Positions 42,262 through 57,039 of a DNA stretch of 64,000 nt are shown one piece after another (the stretch's first letter is position 1; each line of letters opens with the position of its first letter). Below the pieces are notes generated by a model, which did no database searches, had not been told where the DNA came from, and saw only the letters and a list, made by a program, of their open reading frames with translations. This DNA comes from the human T2T-CHM13v2.0 reference genome, Homo sapiens: assembly GCF_009914755.1 (NCBI RefSeq), contig NC_060928.1; one strand, written 5' to 3'. The position numbers and the translations under genes are program-made.

Positions 42262-45200
42262 GTGAGTATGAGTGACTGACTAGCTTCAGCCCTGTTATTC
42301 TTCGTTTTCAAACTAAATACATGTACAGTACTTTTTCACTCACAAGATGTTTGGAGCTTTTAGTTTTGAACTTCTTTTTGTTGAAAGTATTGTAGCACAT
42401 ACATAGGCGTATGCAGAAGTAAATGGATTCACACAAGGAATACAGGGCTTCGGCTTCCTTTACTCAGCATCTATCCCTATAAAAATGTGTGAATATAGTT
42501 TTATAATATTTAATTCCTTTTTCTGTGACTGGCTTCTTATTTTCTGGCTTCTGTGCCCTTTCCTTTAGTTGTGTGTGACACCTACCGCTGGCAAAGCGGT
42601 AACACACTCCACTGCAAACTTACCTTAGCCAGGAGGTCAGGCCAGCCTCTGGAAAGACCCTGCTCCTCCCAACACTGTGCTCATGACTGGATCAAATGGA
42701 CTCCCAGTGAGAGCAATTCATCCTTACTTTGCATCTTATTTCTGATTATTATTTTTTAATTCAAAAAGAGAATTCCTTGTGCTTTCTAGGTAAATTGTTT
42801 CTGTGTTGTGAAAAAGTATATTTTAAAATTTCTTATTTTCTCTGTTTTGAATACAACTGCTGACTCTTCATGACAAATCAGTGATTATCACTGGCCTTTG
42901 CTAGAGAAACTCTAGAAGAGTAAAGACCATGACAATATTGAGTCCTAATGCTCCTGTACCATTCAGTGGGAGCAAAGTTTAAAGGAGCCTCCTGAGAGGG
43001 GGCTCCTACCTGAAAGTGGAAGTGCTATTATATTTGCATTTATTCACTCACTAACTTTCTACTTTAAGCATGGATTAAAGAATGGCTCTTTAATTTAGCT
43101 TCGTAAAGTAGAAAAGTAGAACAGTACGACATGAGAAGCTCTTCAAAGACAATAAAACCACAAATGAACAAATAAAGAATTCTGAAGGAGGTTCTAGTAA
43201 ATGCTCCAAACTAAAAATGCATATAGAGTTTGAAATGCTTGGTGTTTTTGACAGATGTGAGGAAAAAGAAAGGAATTTTGTTCTTCAGGCTGACAGTAAG
43301 TTCCTGTTGACATATATTGAAGTGATGGAATACAGTTGGTTTAACGTGCAGTTTTAAGCAGAGTGGCCTATGATTTATTAATGAGCTGCAAGACACAAAC
43401 TGAATTTAGATGGGAAAGAATAGCACTGCTTGTTTTCTGAAGCAGAATCTTAAAACCTTCAGCCAGTTCACCACAATATTTTTAAAGATTTAAGGTATAG
43501 CTTTGATAAATTATATAGGAGAAAAACAGGTCTTGTCACTGCCTAGCACCATACTTGTAGGTCACTATATTTAATGGCTTTTTCTTATTTTATGATTTCT
43601 TATACCAGGAAAATCTTCATATTAAGGGCCTACACATATATGCCACTTCATTTGATATCTTTAAAACAAGGTGTACATCACAATACGTGAAGCCTTTAGT
43701 GGCAAGATTGGCCAAGCACACCTGTTCTGCCATTAGAAGTCATGTTTTCTCTCAACTTTTTACCTTTTCCCTGCTCTGGGAATAATGTATGTTTATTTTA
43801 CCAAGTTATCACTAGATGGCAAGCTTGTATCTCTTGCTATCTTGTACCTACTTTGCTTCCATTCATTTCATTAACTGATTTATTCCTTCATTATTTATTG
43901 GATATAAAATATGTGCTAAGTTCTGTGCTAAGTGCTGAAGAATTATCAGTGGTGAAAACATTACTCCTCCCCACCAGCAACTTCAGTGTCATGAGAGTAG
44001 AGAATGAGACTCAGGCTTGGTAAGAAAATACATTCATATTTTACTCAACAAAACTATGGAACTTATATGTCTGGTTTCAAAGAGATCTCAGGTTTGTAGA
44101 TATTACTCAGGTGAATGACTTCAAACAAAGATCTATATTTAAAAAGAAGAGCAAATAAGCATTCTCTGGTTTGTCTCTAAATACTGTAATTGCTGTCTCA
44201 GTGTCCTTGTCAGAAATCAGATACAAGATCATCTCTCTACCACATCTATCTCTGGAAAAGATGGGATGAAAATTCCTTTTAGAACCCCCTCTGTGAGCTT
44301 TTTTTCTTTTCTGGTAACTATTATTCTCTACATTCTGTAGCTGAGCATTGCTCCATCAAAAGTCGCTATACTTAGAATTCAAGTTTCTAGGTGAAAAGCC
44401 AATAAAAATAGAAAACATAACAGCATTTCTCCTTTCAGTTAGGACACTAAGAAATCATTGTCCACATGAGCTAAACAAGTATCTCTGTTACCTAAATGGA
44501 TAGTTTTAATGGTTACATGTTTCGATGCTGGTCTCTCTTCACTGTCTGCTGCTCTTTGAACTGGTTTCTCTTATAATTGTGAGCTTAATTGTTTTGTGAA
44601 ATGGAATTTTGGGGTAAGGATTGGAAGAATAGACTTATTCTCATCTATTCTGGGAGTCTTCTTACAATAAACTTCCTCTCTTTGGAAAGAGATTTTCAAT
44701 CATTCTTTTCCCACATAATATTTTTTCCACATAATGTATTGTTAATGATATTAAAAACAGTAATATTTAAGTTTAAAAATATGTAAGGCATTGAGGGAAG
44801 ATCTAAGCTTCAGATTTAGGTTGTCGGGTTTTAAAGCCCATGTTCTTAACCTTTCTGATATAACTGACTTTGGTTTTGCTGAAAATAGCTTAATAGGAAT
44901 TTTGTGAAGAAACTGTTTTCACCTAATTTTCAACAAAAAGAAAAACCACTTAAATAGTGCTCTTTATTGATTTTTGTGGGAGAGTGATATTCAATATCAT
45001 TTTCTAAAATCTACAGTCACAAAAATAATTTGAAACTACTGATGATAGCACAATAGACAACTTAATAGTTAAGTAAAATTAATAAAAGTTAATGTTATTA
45101 CCGCTCAAATGCAACAGTTGCATTACACCTGCACAACTGACATACTAATTTAACATGAATTGGATTTGTATGATGTGCCATATGAGCAACCATGTAGTCC

Positions 45201-45802
45201 TTTTGATCAAAGAAAGTTTCCTTTCCTATTCTTTCTTTTGAGTTCTTTACCCCAAAGTATGAATAAAGTCGTTGTGTAGAGACCAGAATAAGGCAGTAGT
45301 TTGTAAAGGAAAAACCACTTCTGTAGAAACTTCTGAGACATTTTGGAATCGTAGTTTGTTTCCTTAACCTTTGCTTTTCTAACTTTACTTTGTGAGATAC
45401 AGCAGGGAATATGAGACATTTTAGCATTCTCCTGGGATTACAATCACTACATGTTTGCCAGAATGGATATCAGAATGGTAGAGACACATTTCTGGTGACA
45501 GAAGCCAACAAGCCCAATCCACTAATGCAGCTTGGAAGAACTGTGACATATGACTCATCCTTCCGCTAATTGATCAACCATCATCAATTATTTCTATTAT
45601 TTGTATAATCTTAAAGTGATTGTGTTTTATGTTGCATATAATTGGTATGCAGACCATAAATTACTGAATAAATTAGTAAAATAAAAATATTATCTTATAT
45701 TATTACTTGAACATTAGGGAATAGTTCAGTAAACTCAGAAAATGTGAATATTCTAAGTCCTAAATCTTACCTGATGCCATAAGTCAGTTAACATGAAAAT
45801 CA

Positions 45803-46294
45803 GGGGAGGAGGGGATAGAGGAGTTGTCTAATGGGTACAAAAATACAGTCAGATAGAAGGAGTAAGATCTAGTGTTAGGCAGCACAGCAGGCTAACTATA
45901 GTTAACTAAAATGTATATTTCAACATAACTAGAGAAGTGGATTTGGAATGTCCCCAAATCCACTGGGGAGGCATTTTGGCCTCCCAAAATGATAGGATTA
46001 CAGGCCTGAGCCCCCGCTGTGTATTTTCTTAAAAAGACATACTTAGTGCAGAATCTTTTTAAACTTTTGACATGTTTTTTCAACCTGTTATAATTGTCTC
46101 AATTACATCTAATTGGGTATTACTTTCAGTGACTCACCTTTGTTAGGACTTTAAAAAGAAATGATAAATGTTTGAGGTGATGGATATCCCAATTACCCTG
46201 ATTTGATCATTATACTTATGTTTATATCAAAATATCACTTGTACCCCGTAAGTATGTACAACTGTGTATCCACAACAATTTAAAAATTTTAAAA
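45803..46294 (+). mobile_element. L1MA-type 3' end fragment interrupted by a local templated insertion
   Basis: AATGGGTACAAAAATACAG...GAATGTCCCCAA [insert] AAAGAAATGATAAATGTTTGAGGTGATGGATATCCC. Confidence 0.8.
45976..46151 (+). repeat. 176-bp copy of 46745-46920
   Basis: 4 mismatches by manual alignment; same orientation; offset 769 bp. Confidence 0.92.
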
Positions 46295-46506
46295 ATAGGA
46301 GCCATAAAAATGGCAATACAATAAATACTTGTAAAGTCATTTGACACCTTTTGAGGTAGAGCCAAGATCTTTTCTTTAAATATAGGTCCATCGATTAGAA
46401 ATTAAATTGCCATTCTTGCACAAACAATATCAATACCTATTATATTATGTATATATATGCTATAATATGTATATTTATATGATATTTGTATGTTCTGTGT
46501 ACTTTC

Positions 46507-46785
46507 CTTTTCTTTCTTTTTTTTTGAGACAGGATCTCACGCTGTTGCCCAGGCTGAAGTGTAGTGGTACTATCACGGTTCACTGCAGCTCAGGTGATCC
46601 TCCCATCTTAGCTTCCAGAGTAACAGGGACTACTCGGGAGTAGTAGGTGGGCAGGTGCCACCACTCCTGGCTAATTTTTGTATTGTTTTGTAGAGACGGG
46701 GTTTTGCCACGTTGTCCAGGCTCGTCTCAAACGATCCACCTGCCTTGGCCTCCCAAAATGCTAGGATTACAGTCCTGAGCCCCTG
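46507..46785 (-). mobile_element. AluJ with internal deletions and a small insertion
   Basis: poly-T head; TSD-like CTGTGTA(C/T)TTTC on both sides. Confidence 0.8.
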
Positions 46786-48145
46786 CTGTGTATTTTCTTA
46801 AAAAGACATACTTAGTGCAGAATCTTTTTAGACTTTTGACATGTTTTTTCAACCTGTTATAATTGTCTCAATTACATCTAATTGGGTATTACTTTCAGTG
46901 ACTCACCTTTGTTAGGACTTCAAAAAACATCTACCCTAGTTTTTCTAGAAAAAAAACAGTATTTACATAATATTTAATTTAGTTATTAAAGTTATATTAA
47001 TATGTATGATTGGTATAAGTATGTTTAGAAACAAAAACAAGTTTAGCTTGAACTCCACTGATGGAAGCTATGGATGAGGGCCTTAAAAGGTGGCATCATA
47101 ACCAAGATCACTAAGTATGCTGTGGTGGCTTAGGGATTATGTGATATAAATGCAATTGGTGACCAGGAGGATTGGCTGAGTGAGGGTTGGCTAAGTGAAG
47201 ATCAGTTAAACACACAGTTTCTTTTGCATAGAACAAATCAGATATTGACTACTATTTGTAAAGCAGAATGTTAAGAACTCCTACTTTATTTTCTACATTT
47301 TTCATATCGTGATTAACAATATAAATTCATTATTAAATCTCTCTTCCATCTATTATATACCATTTCTTTTGCCATATTATCCGATTTAATTATATCCCAT
47401 TAAACTTGTACTTAGTGTCCTACTCATTTTAACTTTTAAAGTAGTTTCTAATCTTGACCATAGTATCTTGGATTCTGTAGCAGAAAGAGATGTCCATGAT
47501 CATTTCACTATAGCCTTGTTCTCTATGTACGATTCAGAGGTAGTTGCATAAAACCATGTTTATGTTTAAATAATCAAGTTTTCAAAGGACATTTTGTTTA
47601 AAAGGAAAATATGTATTCATTTCTTGTTACATTATACATATGTAGGACTACTTATTTTCCATCCATTCAACAAATATTTAATGATGGCCTTCTAAAGGTC
47701 AAATACCTTCTCATGTATAAATGATATTATATTTACCACATTGCATATAGAGGCCATTTTTAATATCTATACAGAAAAATATCCATGACCAATATGATCA
47801 CAGTGTATTACTTTTTCTGTTGCCACATATATTTGCTGATAATTCTGATAGCATTCAGTGACCAAACTGAAGTAAATTATTGTTTCCACTCTTACAAGTA
47901 CAAAGAAAATATAGTCCCATTATCAGCACCTGAAAATAGAAACTGAGACTATCAGGCAATGAAACTTAATCATTTAAAAAGTATCTCCAGTAATTATTTT
48001 CAAACAGAGAATCATCTCCTTATTGAAATGTTTACTACGAAGGACAAATACTCTAAAACATTTCTGCAAAAATTAACTTTCTAATACAGTCTAATATAGT
48101 AGACATCCTTTCACATTTTTAAATATTCCCAAAAAGTTGAATAAA

Positions 48146-48481
<336 letters not shown>

Positions 48482-50030
48482 TTATATTTTAAATGCAAAT
48501 CATTTTCCTGCAATTTATATACTTTCCCTAATACAGGAAAATGAATCTCAAATTGAGCTGTGCAATAAACCCACCTAAGGAACCTTTAAAAAATACCCTG
48601 GTCCCCATTATAGCTGGGCCCGATCCCTATGGATTTTGATTTAATTGGTCTATGATGGGACCCAAGCAACAATATTTTTTAAATGTTTCTAATAATTGTA
48701 ATATGTAGCTATAGTTGAATACCACTAATACAGAATATGGGCTATAATTTATTGGTGTTAAATTTCTAAATTAAAATTTATAATATTAAAATAATAATCA
48801 AATTGTATATTATAATAGTCTTTTTGAGTTTGTTCATTCAACAAATATTTATCAACCACTACTATTCTCCAGATTTTTGGATGGATACTTTTGTTTTTCC
48901 TGCAGCATTTAGTTTGCTTTCAGTGAATAAGACTCTGAATAAAACTATTTAAATATCACTAGAAATATGCAGGCAAGCTGAATTTACAACCCTTGCCTCC
49001 AACTGTGCCTTCATGTGAGTAGCAGGAGACTTTCTTTACTTTCTCTGTTTCTTCCTGTCTTTTAACTAAAATTCCACCCAAAGACAATCCATTTCATCAT
49101 GATATGGATTTTAAATTTATTTTTTGCATAATTTAGTATTAACAAGTTTTTGATATATATTTGAAAAGCTCCTGCTATGTTTCAGGTGCTGTGGAAACAA
49201 TCTTCCTCTTAAATGACTCACACTCTCATGTGGGCAGATAAGCAGAGAGGGCACACACAGTGCGTAGTGTATGACACAGCACACACGATGCTCTAGGAGT
49301 ACATAGCAGCAGATAAACACAGTTAAACAAAGACATTCACTGGGGAGGATCAGGGAATGTTTCTCCAAGAAAGTCACATCTAACCTGAGCCAAGAGAAGA
49401 GGGGAAAGAAGATTTCTGGTAAATGAGAGAATATGTGGAAAAACTCAGAGGCATGAGAGAACATGACCTGTCAAAATAAAGGCAGCTCAACACGATCGTA
49501 GCATGGAATGAGAGATGAGGCCTTGCTACCTCTCGCTCTTTACTGAATCACAGGGCTCTTCTGAGCCAGTTTAATCAGTTTTCTGAAGAAAACAAAGAGC
49601 CACCAAAAAGCTCATGCAGTATCACATTATGATCACACAGATCTTATATATGTATATAGTCAGAGTTGCTCAGTGGAATTTGATTAACCAGTTGAATTTC
49701 TTTGTAAATATATTTGAAGTTATCTACTGCTTTTGGAAAGAAAATAATTGATGATAGGTTCATTATAGCCTTTCAAACAATTATCTAACATCTAGGTCAA
49801 AGCCTAAAAAACTAGACAACCTATTTTTTGTACTTTGGTGGTTTTAGTTGAAGATGTTACTCTTATGTCAAGGGATTCATTTTTTTTTAAAGTTTCCATG
49901 ACAGTGTCAATTGATGCCCTTAATGTATTTTCACTACAGAAACTGAAGGTTTGAATTTGACACTCAATAGTCTTTAGGTGATGTTCAAAATAATGAGATT
50001 TGAATTTTTATGTTTTTGGGGTACACATAT

Positions 50031-50099
50031 CTTTTATTTATTTATTTTAGTTGGCAAATAAAAATTGTACATATTTATGGTATACAACATGATGTTTTG

Positions 50100-50137
<38 letters not shown>

Positions 50138-50480
50138 TGTGAAATGGCTAAATCAAGCTTATTAACATATCTATTACCTCCACATACATATCCTTTTTTT
50201 TGTGATGAGCGCACTTAAAATCTACTCTCAGCAATTTTCAAGTATATACTACATTGTTATTAACTGTAGTCTCCATGTTTTACAATAAATCTCTTGAATT
50301 TATTTCTCCTGTCCAACTAAAATTTTGTATCTTTTAACCAACATCTCCCAAATGCTCCTCCCCCTTCCTTCTCCAACACCTGGTCACCACCAGGTGTCTA
50401 TTCTGTGCTTCTGTGAGTTTTTTAGATTCCACATATAAGTGAGATTATGCAGTATTTGTCTCTATGTCTGGCTTATTTCT
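50031..50480 (-). mobile_element. L1MA-type 3' end containing a (CA)n microsatellite at 50102-50136
   Basis: AAAATTGTACATATTTATGGTATACAACATGATG...TAGATTCCACATATAAGTGAGATTATGCAGTATTTGTC. Confidence 0.8.
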
Positions 50481-50649
50481 ATTATTCTGAAAAATCACTG
50501 GTATGTCTTGTGTCTAAAATAGTGCCAAGCATGCAGTAGACATTCAGAATTTTCCTTGAGTGCAAGAATGATTATAAAAAGTCCAGAGGCTCTTCACTTT
50601 TAAGATGCATTTAATACTGAGTTACAATAATCATAATAAATTATGGTAG

Positions 50650-50890
50650 CTAATATTTATGGAGTGCCAACATATGCCAAGCACTATTTTTAGAGCTCTT
50701 GCATATATTACATCATTTAATCTTCCTAACCATTTTATGAAGTACTTTTCTATCCTTTACTTATGGTTGAGGAAATTGAGGCACATGTAGGTTAGGGGAC
50801 TTGCTAGGGCCTTATAGGTAATAAGTGATGAAATTAGAATTTTAACCCAGGCAGCTAGACTCAGATCCTTGTCTCTTAACCTTACACTGT
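50650..50890 (-). mobile_element. MIR
   Basis: CATTTAATCTTC...TGAGGAAATTGAGGCAC core. Confidence 0.65.
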
Positions 50891-51489
50891 ACATGAGGAA
50901 TGAAAGGCAGTGGATTGACAACCTTGGAGAGCTATTGCATAAGGCAAATAAGCAACAAACCAGAACTGTAGCCCAGTGAAATATTAAAGAGATGATTTGA
51001 TCCTCTGATCCCAAAAGAGATGTGTCATATTTTCTGCCCAAATAGTTTATATCTTTCACATTATTTACAGCTTCTTTTCTAATGGCTTTGCTTTTAATAC
51101 ATTGCATATGTTCATTGTTTCTTTTTAAAGCTTTTCTGGAAACGTCACTTAGTTCATTTTAGGGAAGCTTTGAAAACATCAATCTGCTTTCTCAATACAA
51201 CTAATTATTATTAATAATACCATTGCTAAAGAATTTATTTTTCAAATGAGAACTCAAAATAATGAACTGTCTCTTGTACAACTTCTCTGGCATAAATGAT
51301 CATTTATCTTCAAAAAGAACAAATGAGTTTTCATGAAAGCAAATTTCCAAAATATACACGCGGGAAAGATCCCGTAGTCATGGCTCGATGGCTTGCTGCT
51401 GCTGTTGAGTGTGGCCTCCTATGTGATGCTTTTCATCTTTTGTTTACTTTTGGTTTCAACTTGAACATTAATGATTTTTGTTTTTCCAG

Positions 51490-51562
51490 ACTATTACAGA
51501 AAAACACAAACTAAATGTACCTGAGACGATGACTGAGGTTCTTGATGTTTCTGATGAAGAGG
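51490..51562 (+). CDS. ANK2: ANK2 exon 23, linker [24 protein letters not shown](G)
   Basis: tccAG|ACT...GAG G|GTaaga; 73 nt, phase 0/1. Confidence 0.96.
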
Positions 51563-52558
51563 GTAAGACTTCTATTCAATCTTCTATGACACCTGTCATG
51601 TTCTTACACAAGGGCAAATTACCCTTTTTTTCAGAGACCAAGCTGGTTATGTGGATGACAGAATCTTAACATTTAAAGTCACTTTTTCACCTTTGTTTCA
51701 ATACATTTACTTTTGCCATGGCAGCGGGGGCCGGGGGCAGTTCTGATTAGTATATTTGTTTCTGGTATTATTTCTTTTTCCTAGCATTAAAATTAATGGC
51801 TATTAAATAATATGACTGGAAAAGGGGAAAAACTGGAAACTGGCCATGTGTTAAAATAGCTATATGATAACACAATTGTTATTAAAATATGTTTGAATTA
51901 TGTTAAAAAATCTTTTTTTATTCAAATGACTTTAAGTAAAGACTTTAAAGTATACTCCATCAATGAGTGTTCTTCAATTGAGAAATCTCTGTATTCTGGT
52001 TGGTTCATATGTACAGAATATATTTTAAGCCCAGAGGAGAAGAGCCTTATAGAAGGTTTAAAAATAGTACAGCAGGAAGTAGTATAAATTCCACAGAAGA
52101 ATGTATTATTTAAGTCAGAAAATATCCCCCCTATAATTTTAGAGTTGATGAAAAATGATCTCAGGCAATGGCTTCCTAAGTCCTGGGAAGCCTGCTTTCC
52201 AAAAAGGAGCAGTGGGGACTGCCTGGAGTGGGTGTGTGACATTGGGCTAGAGCTGGAGATGGGCCAGCTGGAGGGTGTCCGGCTCCCTATCTCTACTTCA
52301 ACTAGAGTAGCTGACTTTTCTTCATTTTGTATTTTGAACTTCCATGTAATAATCCACTTGGATAAAAAAATGTGCTACTAAAAAATCATGAAAGCAGCAT
52401 ATAAAATTTGCAAGCATTTCTTTATGAGAAGATAGAAAAAAGAAAGAAAAAAAATCACGCAACCAAGTTTCAATAGTTCAGCTATTGGTCCAATGAACAT
52501 GATTGAAAAATTACCACCATATATGTACATGAAAATGTATGTTTGAAAAATTATTGCT

Positions 52559-52676
52559 ATTAAGAATGGCACTAGGTTTAATACTCATTGCTTTTATACA
52601 GAGAAATATTAAAGATGTTTCTTTAGGTTCTTTAAGATAAAATCATAAGATAAAACTTTACATTGAGATGTCCTTA
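52559..52676 (+). repeat. Copy 1 of a ~118-bp dispersed duplication (other copy 54584-54699)
   Basis: ATTAAGAATGGCACTA...TTACATTGAGATGTCCTTA; roughly 90% identity by eye. Confidence 0.9.
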
Positions 52677-53781
52677 TTTAGAACCAACTTGTTGAATCAC
52701 CTATTGGTAGTATGTATTGAGTTTTCTCAGCTTTTATAAAAATTTATGACAAGAATGAACAAATGTTGGATCAATGTAGTATTTTGAGTAAATTCAAAGG
52801 TATTCCCAAGGCCAGCAGTTCCAAATATTTAGTATAATTTTGTGTTCTATCTTAATACTTGCCAACTAGTTCTCAGCATTCCTATATGCATATCATATTT
52901 TGTTTTGTGGGATCATCTTTATTATCTTTACTTGTATGTTGAACAGCTCTTAAACAGTTTGGTGACCACTTTATTGATGGGGAGGCACTTAGTGATTCAG
53001 GTACCCTTAGAGGATATTTTTGGAGTGAAAGCTTTTCTTTGCTTTTGATTTTTCTTAACTGGATAGAACAACTTGTTTAAATCTGTGTGCCTAATACTAA
53101 TCTGTTTCTTTTGAAATAGCATGTGTAATATGAGTGGAATTGTATATGTGTGCATTTGAGTGTGTGGATTTTATTAACTTAGAAGCCTAAAGTCATGAAT
53201 TGTTTGTACTGTTAATGATTTTGCAACTATTATTGAGAACTGCTAACATAATTATATAATCTAATGAACATTATATAAATATTTTTCCACAACTATTATC
53301 TTTTCTTAGAATATAAATTTAGAGAAAAGTAATTCTTTTGTTAGTTGACATTGAGCTAGTGTGAACATGACAATAACTAAGTTAGACCACTTGAAATTAA
53401 TGCAGTTTATATCACTCCCTTGGTTGATGATATATTTTAGGTGTGATTAAAAATATATTAATAGTTATGTGATTTTTAATATAGCTAAGAATAGAAATAA
53501 AGTAACATTTAAAAATTATTTAGGGTGAATTTTGCATATAAGGAAAAATGAGTAATGTAAGATATTTTATCTAGTAAGAGGTTTCCAAAGTACACGTGGT
53601 ACCACTTTAAGCAACTCTATTACATGAAAATTTAAATTTATAAATCAGATAAATTGAATAGTGATTATTTAATTTAAAAATAGCCCTTTATTTACAAAAT
53701 AATTGCTGGAGAATTCCATTAGTTAATACATTTAAAGTATTTAATATTGAGTTATAAACGAAATTTATAAAAAATAGCCTC

Positions 53782-54121
<340 letters not shown>

Positions 54122-54583
54122 TTATAACATTCTGTACTTTCATTATTAAAAATGTTATATATTAAATATTACTGGTGATAAGAACTCTTGGTTTGTGAAG
54201 AATATTGGTGAATGACCAAGATTATCTTTTGTGGCAAGAGAAGTCTATTTTTAGAAATAGCCAAAACTTAATGATATTTCTTTCCCCGAGGAAAATTCAA
54301 GTTGAATAATTTTCATGTAAAGGATCTATTTGAGTATTGATAAGTAACTTTTTCATGGAAAAAATTAGTGTGAAGGAAATTAGCTGGTTGACATTGCCAA
54401 TGCCAACACTTTAATGTTTTGTGAGGTTAATATGTTTTTATGAAACCTGCTATCATCCACGTGGACACAATGCAGCCACATGTATTTGAAAATTATTAGC
54501 TAATCCCTGTTTTCTCTACAGTCTATTGTTTTATTAGTAGTAATAGTGTATTGACACCCAAAAAGAGTATTCAAACTCTTGTC

Positions 54584-54712
54584 ATTAAGAATGGCACTAT
54601 GTTTAATACTAATAGCTTTTAAGGAGAAATATTAAGGATGTTTCTTTAGGTTCTTCAAGATAAAATCATAAGGTAAGACTTTACATTGAGATGTCCTTAC
54701 ATTGAGATATCC
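54584..54712 (+). repeat. Copy 2 of the dispersed duplication plus a terminal 16-bp tandem repeat
   Basis: TTACATTGAGAT(G/A)TCC twice at the 3' end. Confidence 0.9.
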
Positions 54713-56135
54713 TATCAGGCTAATTTGCTGTATACACATTAAAGTAATCCATAATATCCACTCATGAATCCAATTAACAAATAATGAATATGATGTTATT
54801 GTGTTTCGGAAAGCTCTATAACTGATGCCACAGTGGTCAAAGGTGAGCATGAGGCACACCTTTAGGAAGCCTATATGGAGAAATAATGTATATATTAAAA
54901 GAAGTATAATGTAAGGCACTATGTTGTCAGTTTTTCATATCCACTTGGGGAGATCAGGAGCTAGATATACCTAACACAGTCTCATGAACGTGCTAAGAGA
55001 TGAGAGATTAATAACAGGGCACATAGATTTTAGGGATTAGATAAGGAACAGTATGGGAAAGTCTTGAGATAGGAAAGTACAAGAGAGAGACACAGAGTGG
55101 CAGAATCCTCCAGTCATTTGGTCTGCTGATGCATAAAAACATACCAGGCTCAGTTGTGGACTGTTTGAATTCTTAACTGAAAGGGAAACACGATACCTTA
55201 AAGATTTCAATTAATGATGAAAACATTTAAAACTGTTTTTACAAAGATTTAACCAGCAGTGGTACATAGAAAAAGTTTATTGAGAAGAACCTGGAAGGAA
55301 GCAGAAATCTAAGAAAAGAGAAAGCATTTACTAAATCTCTATAATGCTAGGTACATGTCTCATTTAATCCTTATACCATCCCTGTGACACAGGCTGTGGA
55401 TATCATTCCACATATATATATATATTTTCAGTTAAGGAAAGGCTTATTTTTGGAGAATGAGGCCTAGAGACATTAAGTAGTTTGTTCAATAGCACGCAGC
55501 TAGTAAGTGGTGGGTGTGGAATCAAAACCTAGTATGAAAACTATTGTAATAGCACAGCCATGATATAAATAACATCCTTATGGAGGAATATGGCAGCGAA
55601 ATGCAAGGAAAAGACAGAAATGGGAATTCAGTCTAACAGAATTATAGCATCCAGATTTAACCAAAGATGTGAAGGTAATCGTCTAAGTCTTTGTAGGATC
55701 GTGAGTTGATCCCTGTCTTCGCTGACTTGGCTTCCCAGCCATAAATGATGAGGTGGGGCTCAGAGATTTTGGCATCTGTATAACCAAAATGCCCATAGGA
55801 ATGTGACTCATGTATGCCTTATTCTCATGGATTCTTGAGTGGGTGGCTTGTCCATATATCTCTGCTAGTACTCTGGAATGATGTATACTAGTAATCAAGA
55901 GAACTCCAGACTGGCTGAATGTTGGGATGAAATATAGAGGCGCCTCCTCCTTTGAAACACTCACTTCTGTTGTGAACACTTAACACTTAGTGGGGCTCTT
56001 CATCTCAGGTTTTAGCCCTTTTTCCATGTCTCAGCAGGAATAATGCTTGCTTGAGAGGGAGTGGGTTCCGTAACGTTTCAGAGAATCTCCTTGTCAGCAT
56101 CATGAGGGGTTGTCAGGAAGGGGAGCCATTCCACC

Positions 56136-56425
56136 TTTTTTTTTTTTTTTTTTTTTGTGATGGAGTCTCACTCTGTCGCCCAGGCTGGAGTGCAGTGGTG
56201 TGATCTTAGCTCACTGCAACCTCCATCTCCCGGGTTCTCCTGCCTTTAGCTCCCAGAGTAGCTGTGACTACAGGTGTATGCCACCATGCTAATTTTTGTA
56301 TTTTTAGTAGAGACTGGTTTTCACCATTTTGGCCAGGCTGCTCTCGAACTCCTGACCTCAGGGAATTCACCTTACTTGGCCTGCCAAAGTGCTGGGATTA
56401 CAGGCGTGAGTCACCACGCCCGGCC
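56136..56425 (-). mobile_element. AluS (Sx-like)
   Basis: poly-T head, dimer; TSD-like GCC(A/G)TTCCAC. Confidence 0.88.
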
Positions 56426-57039
56426 GCCGTTCCACTTTAAGTTATTCCCATGCTATTGTCACCCGTGTCCTACAGGGGTTAAATATACCACTCACTATCA
56501 CTGAGGAATCTTGTGTTTTCCGGGTATCAAAACATCAATTGTACATAAAAAGCCTGCAGTACACTGATGCTTTCCAGTTAGTAGAAAACAGTTTTCACGA
56601 AATTGCTTGGAAACATTGGACAATAAAACAACAAGAAAAAGCCAAGTCATAAACCTGGGAATCATCATTCTATTAAGTGAGTAAATAGGTAACAATCGGA
56701 AGGAAGTTATTCCAAGTATAGGAAATAATAAAGAAATTCATTTTAGGTTTGTTCTATAATGTAAAAACTAAAGGTTGCTTTTAGTTTGGTTTTGTTTTCA
56801 CATTGAATAAGTAAGTTGAAAAAAAGAAAGTGTATAATGATTCTCTTAAAGCTGTCTGAGTTGTACAAAATTCTTTCCAAGTCTAATGGCACTCTATTCA
56901 AACAAATAAGAGCTAAAGCTTTTAATCTGAATATTATTTTAAATCATCTTTTCTCCCCCCTTGGCTTGGGCAAGGAAGTAGTCGTGCTATTTGCTCATGT
57001 AGGGAATTTTCAAAGAGAAGCACATTGACAAGGGGAGAG

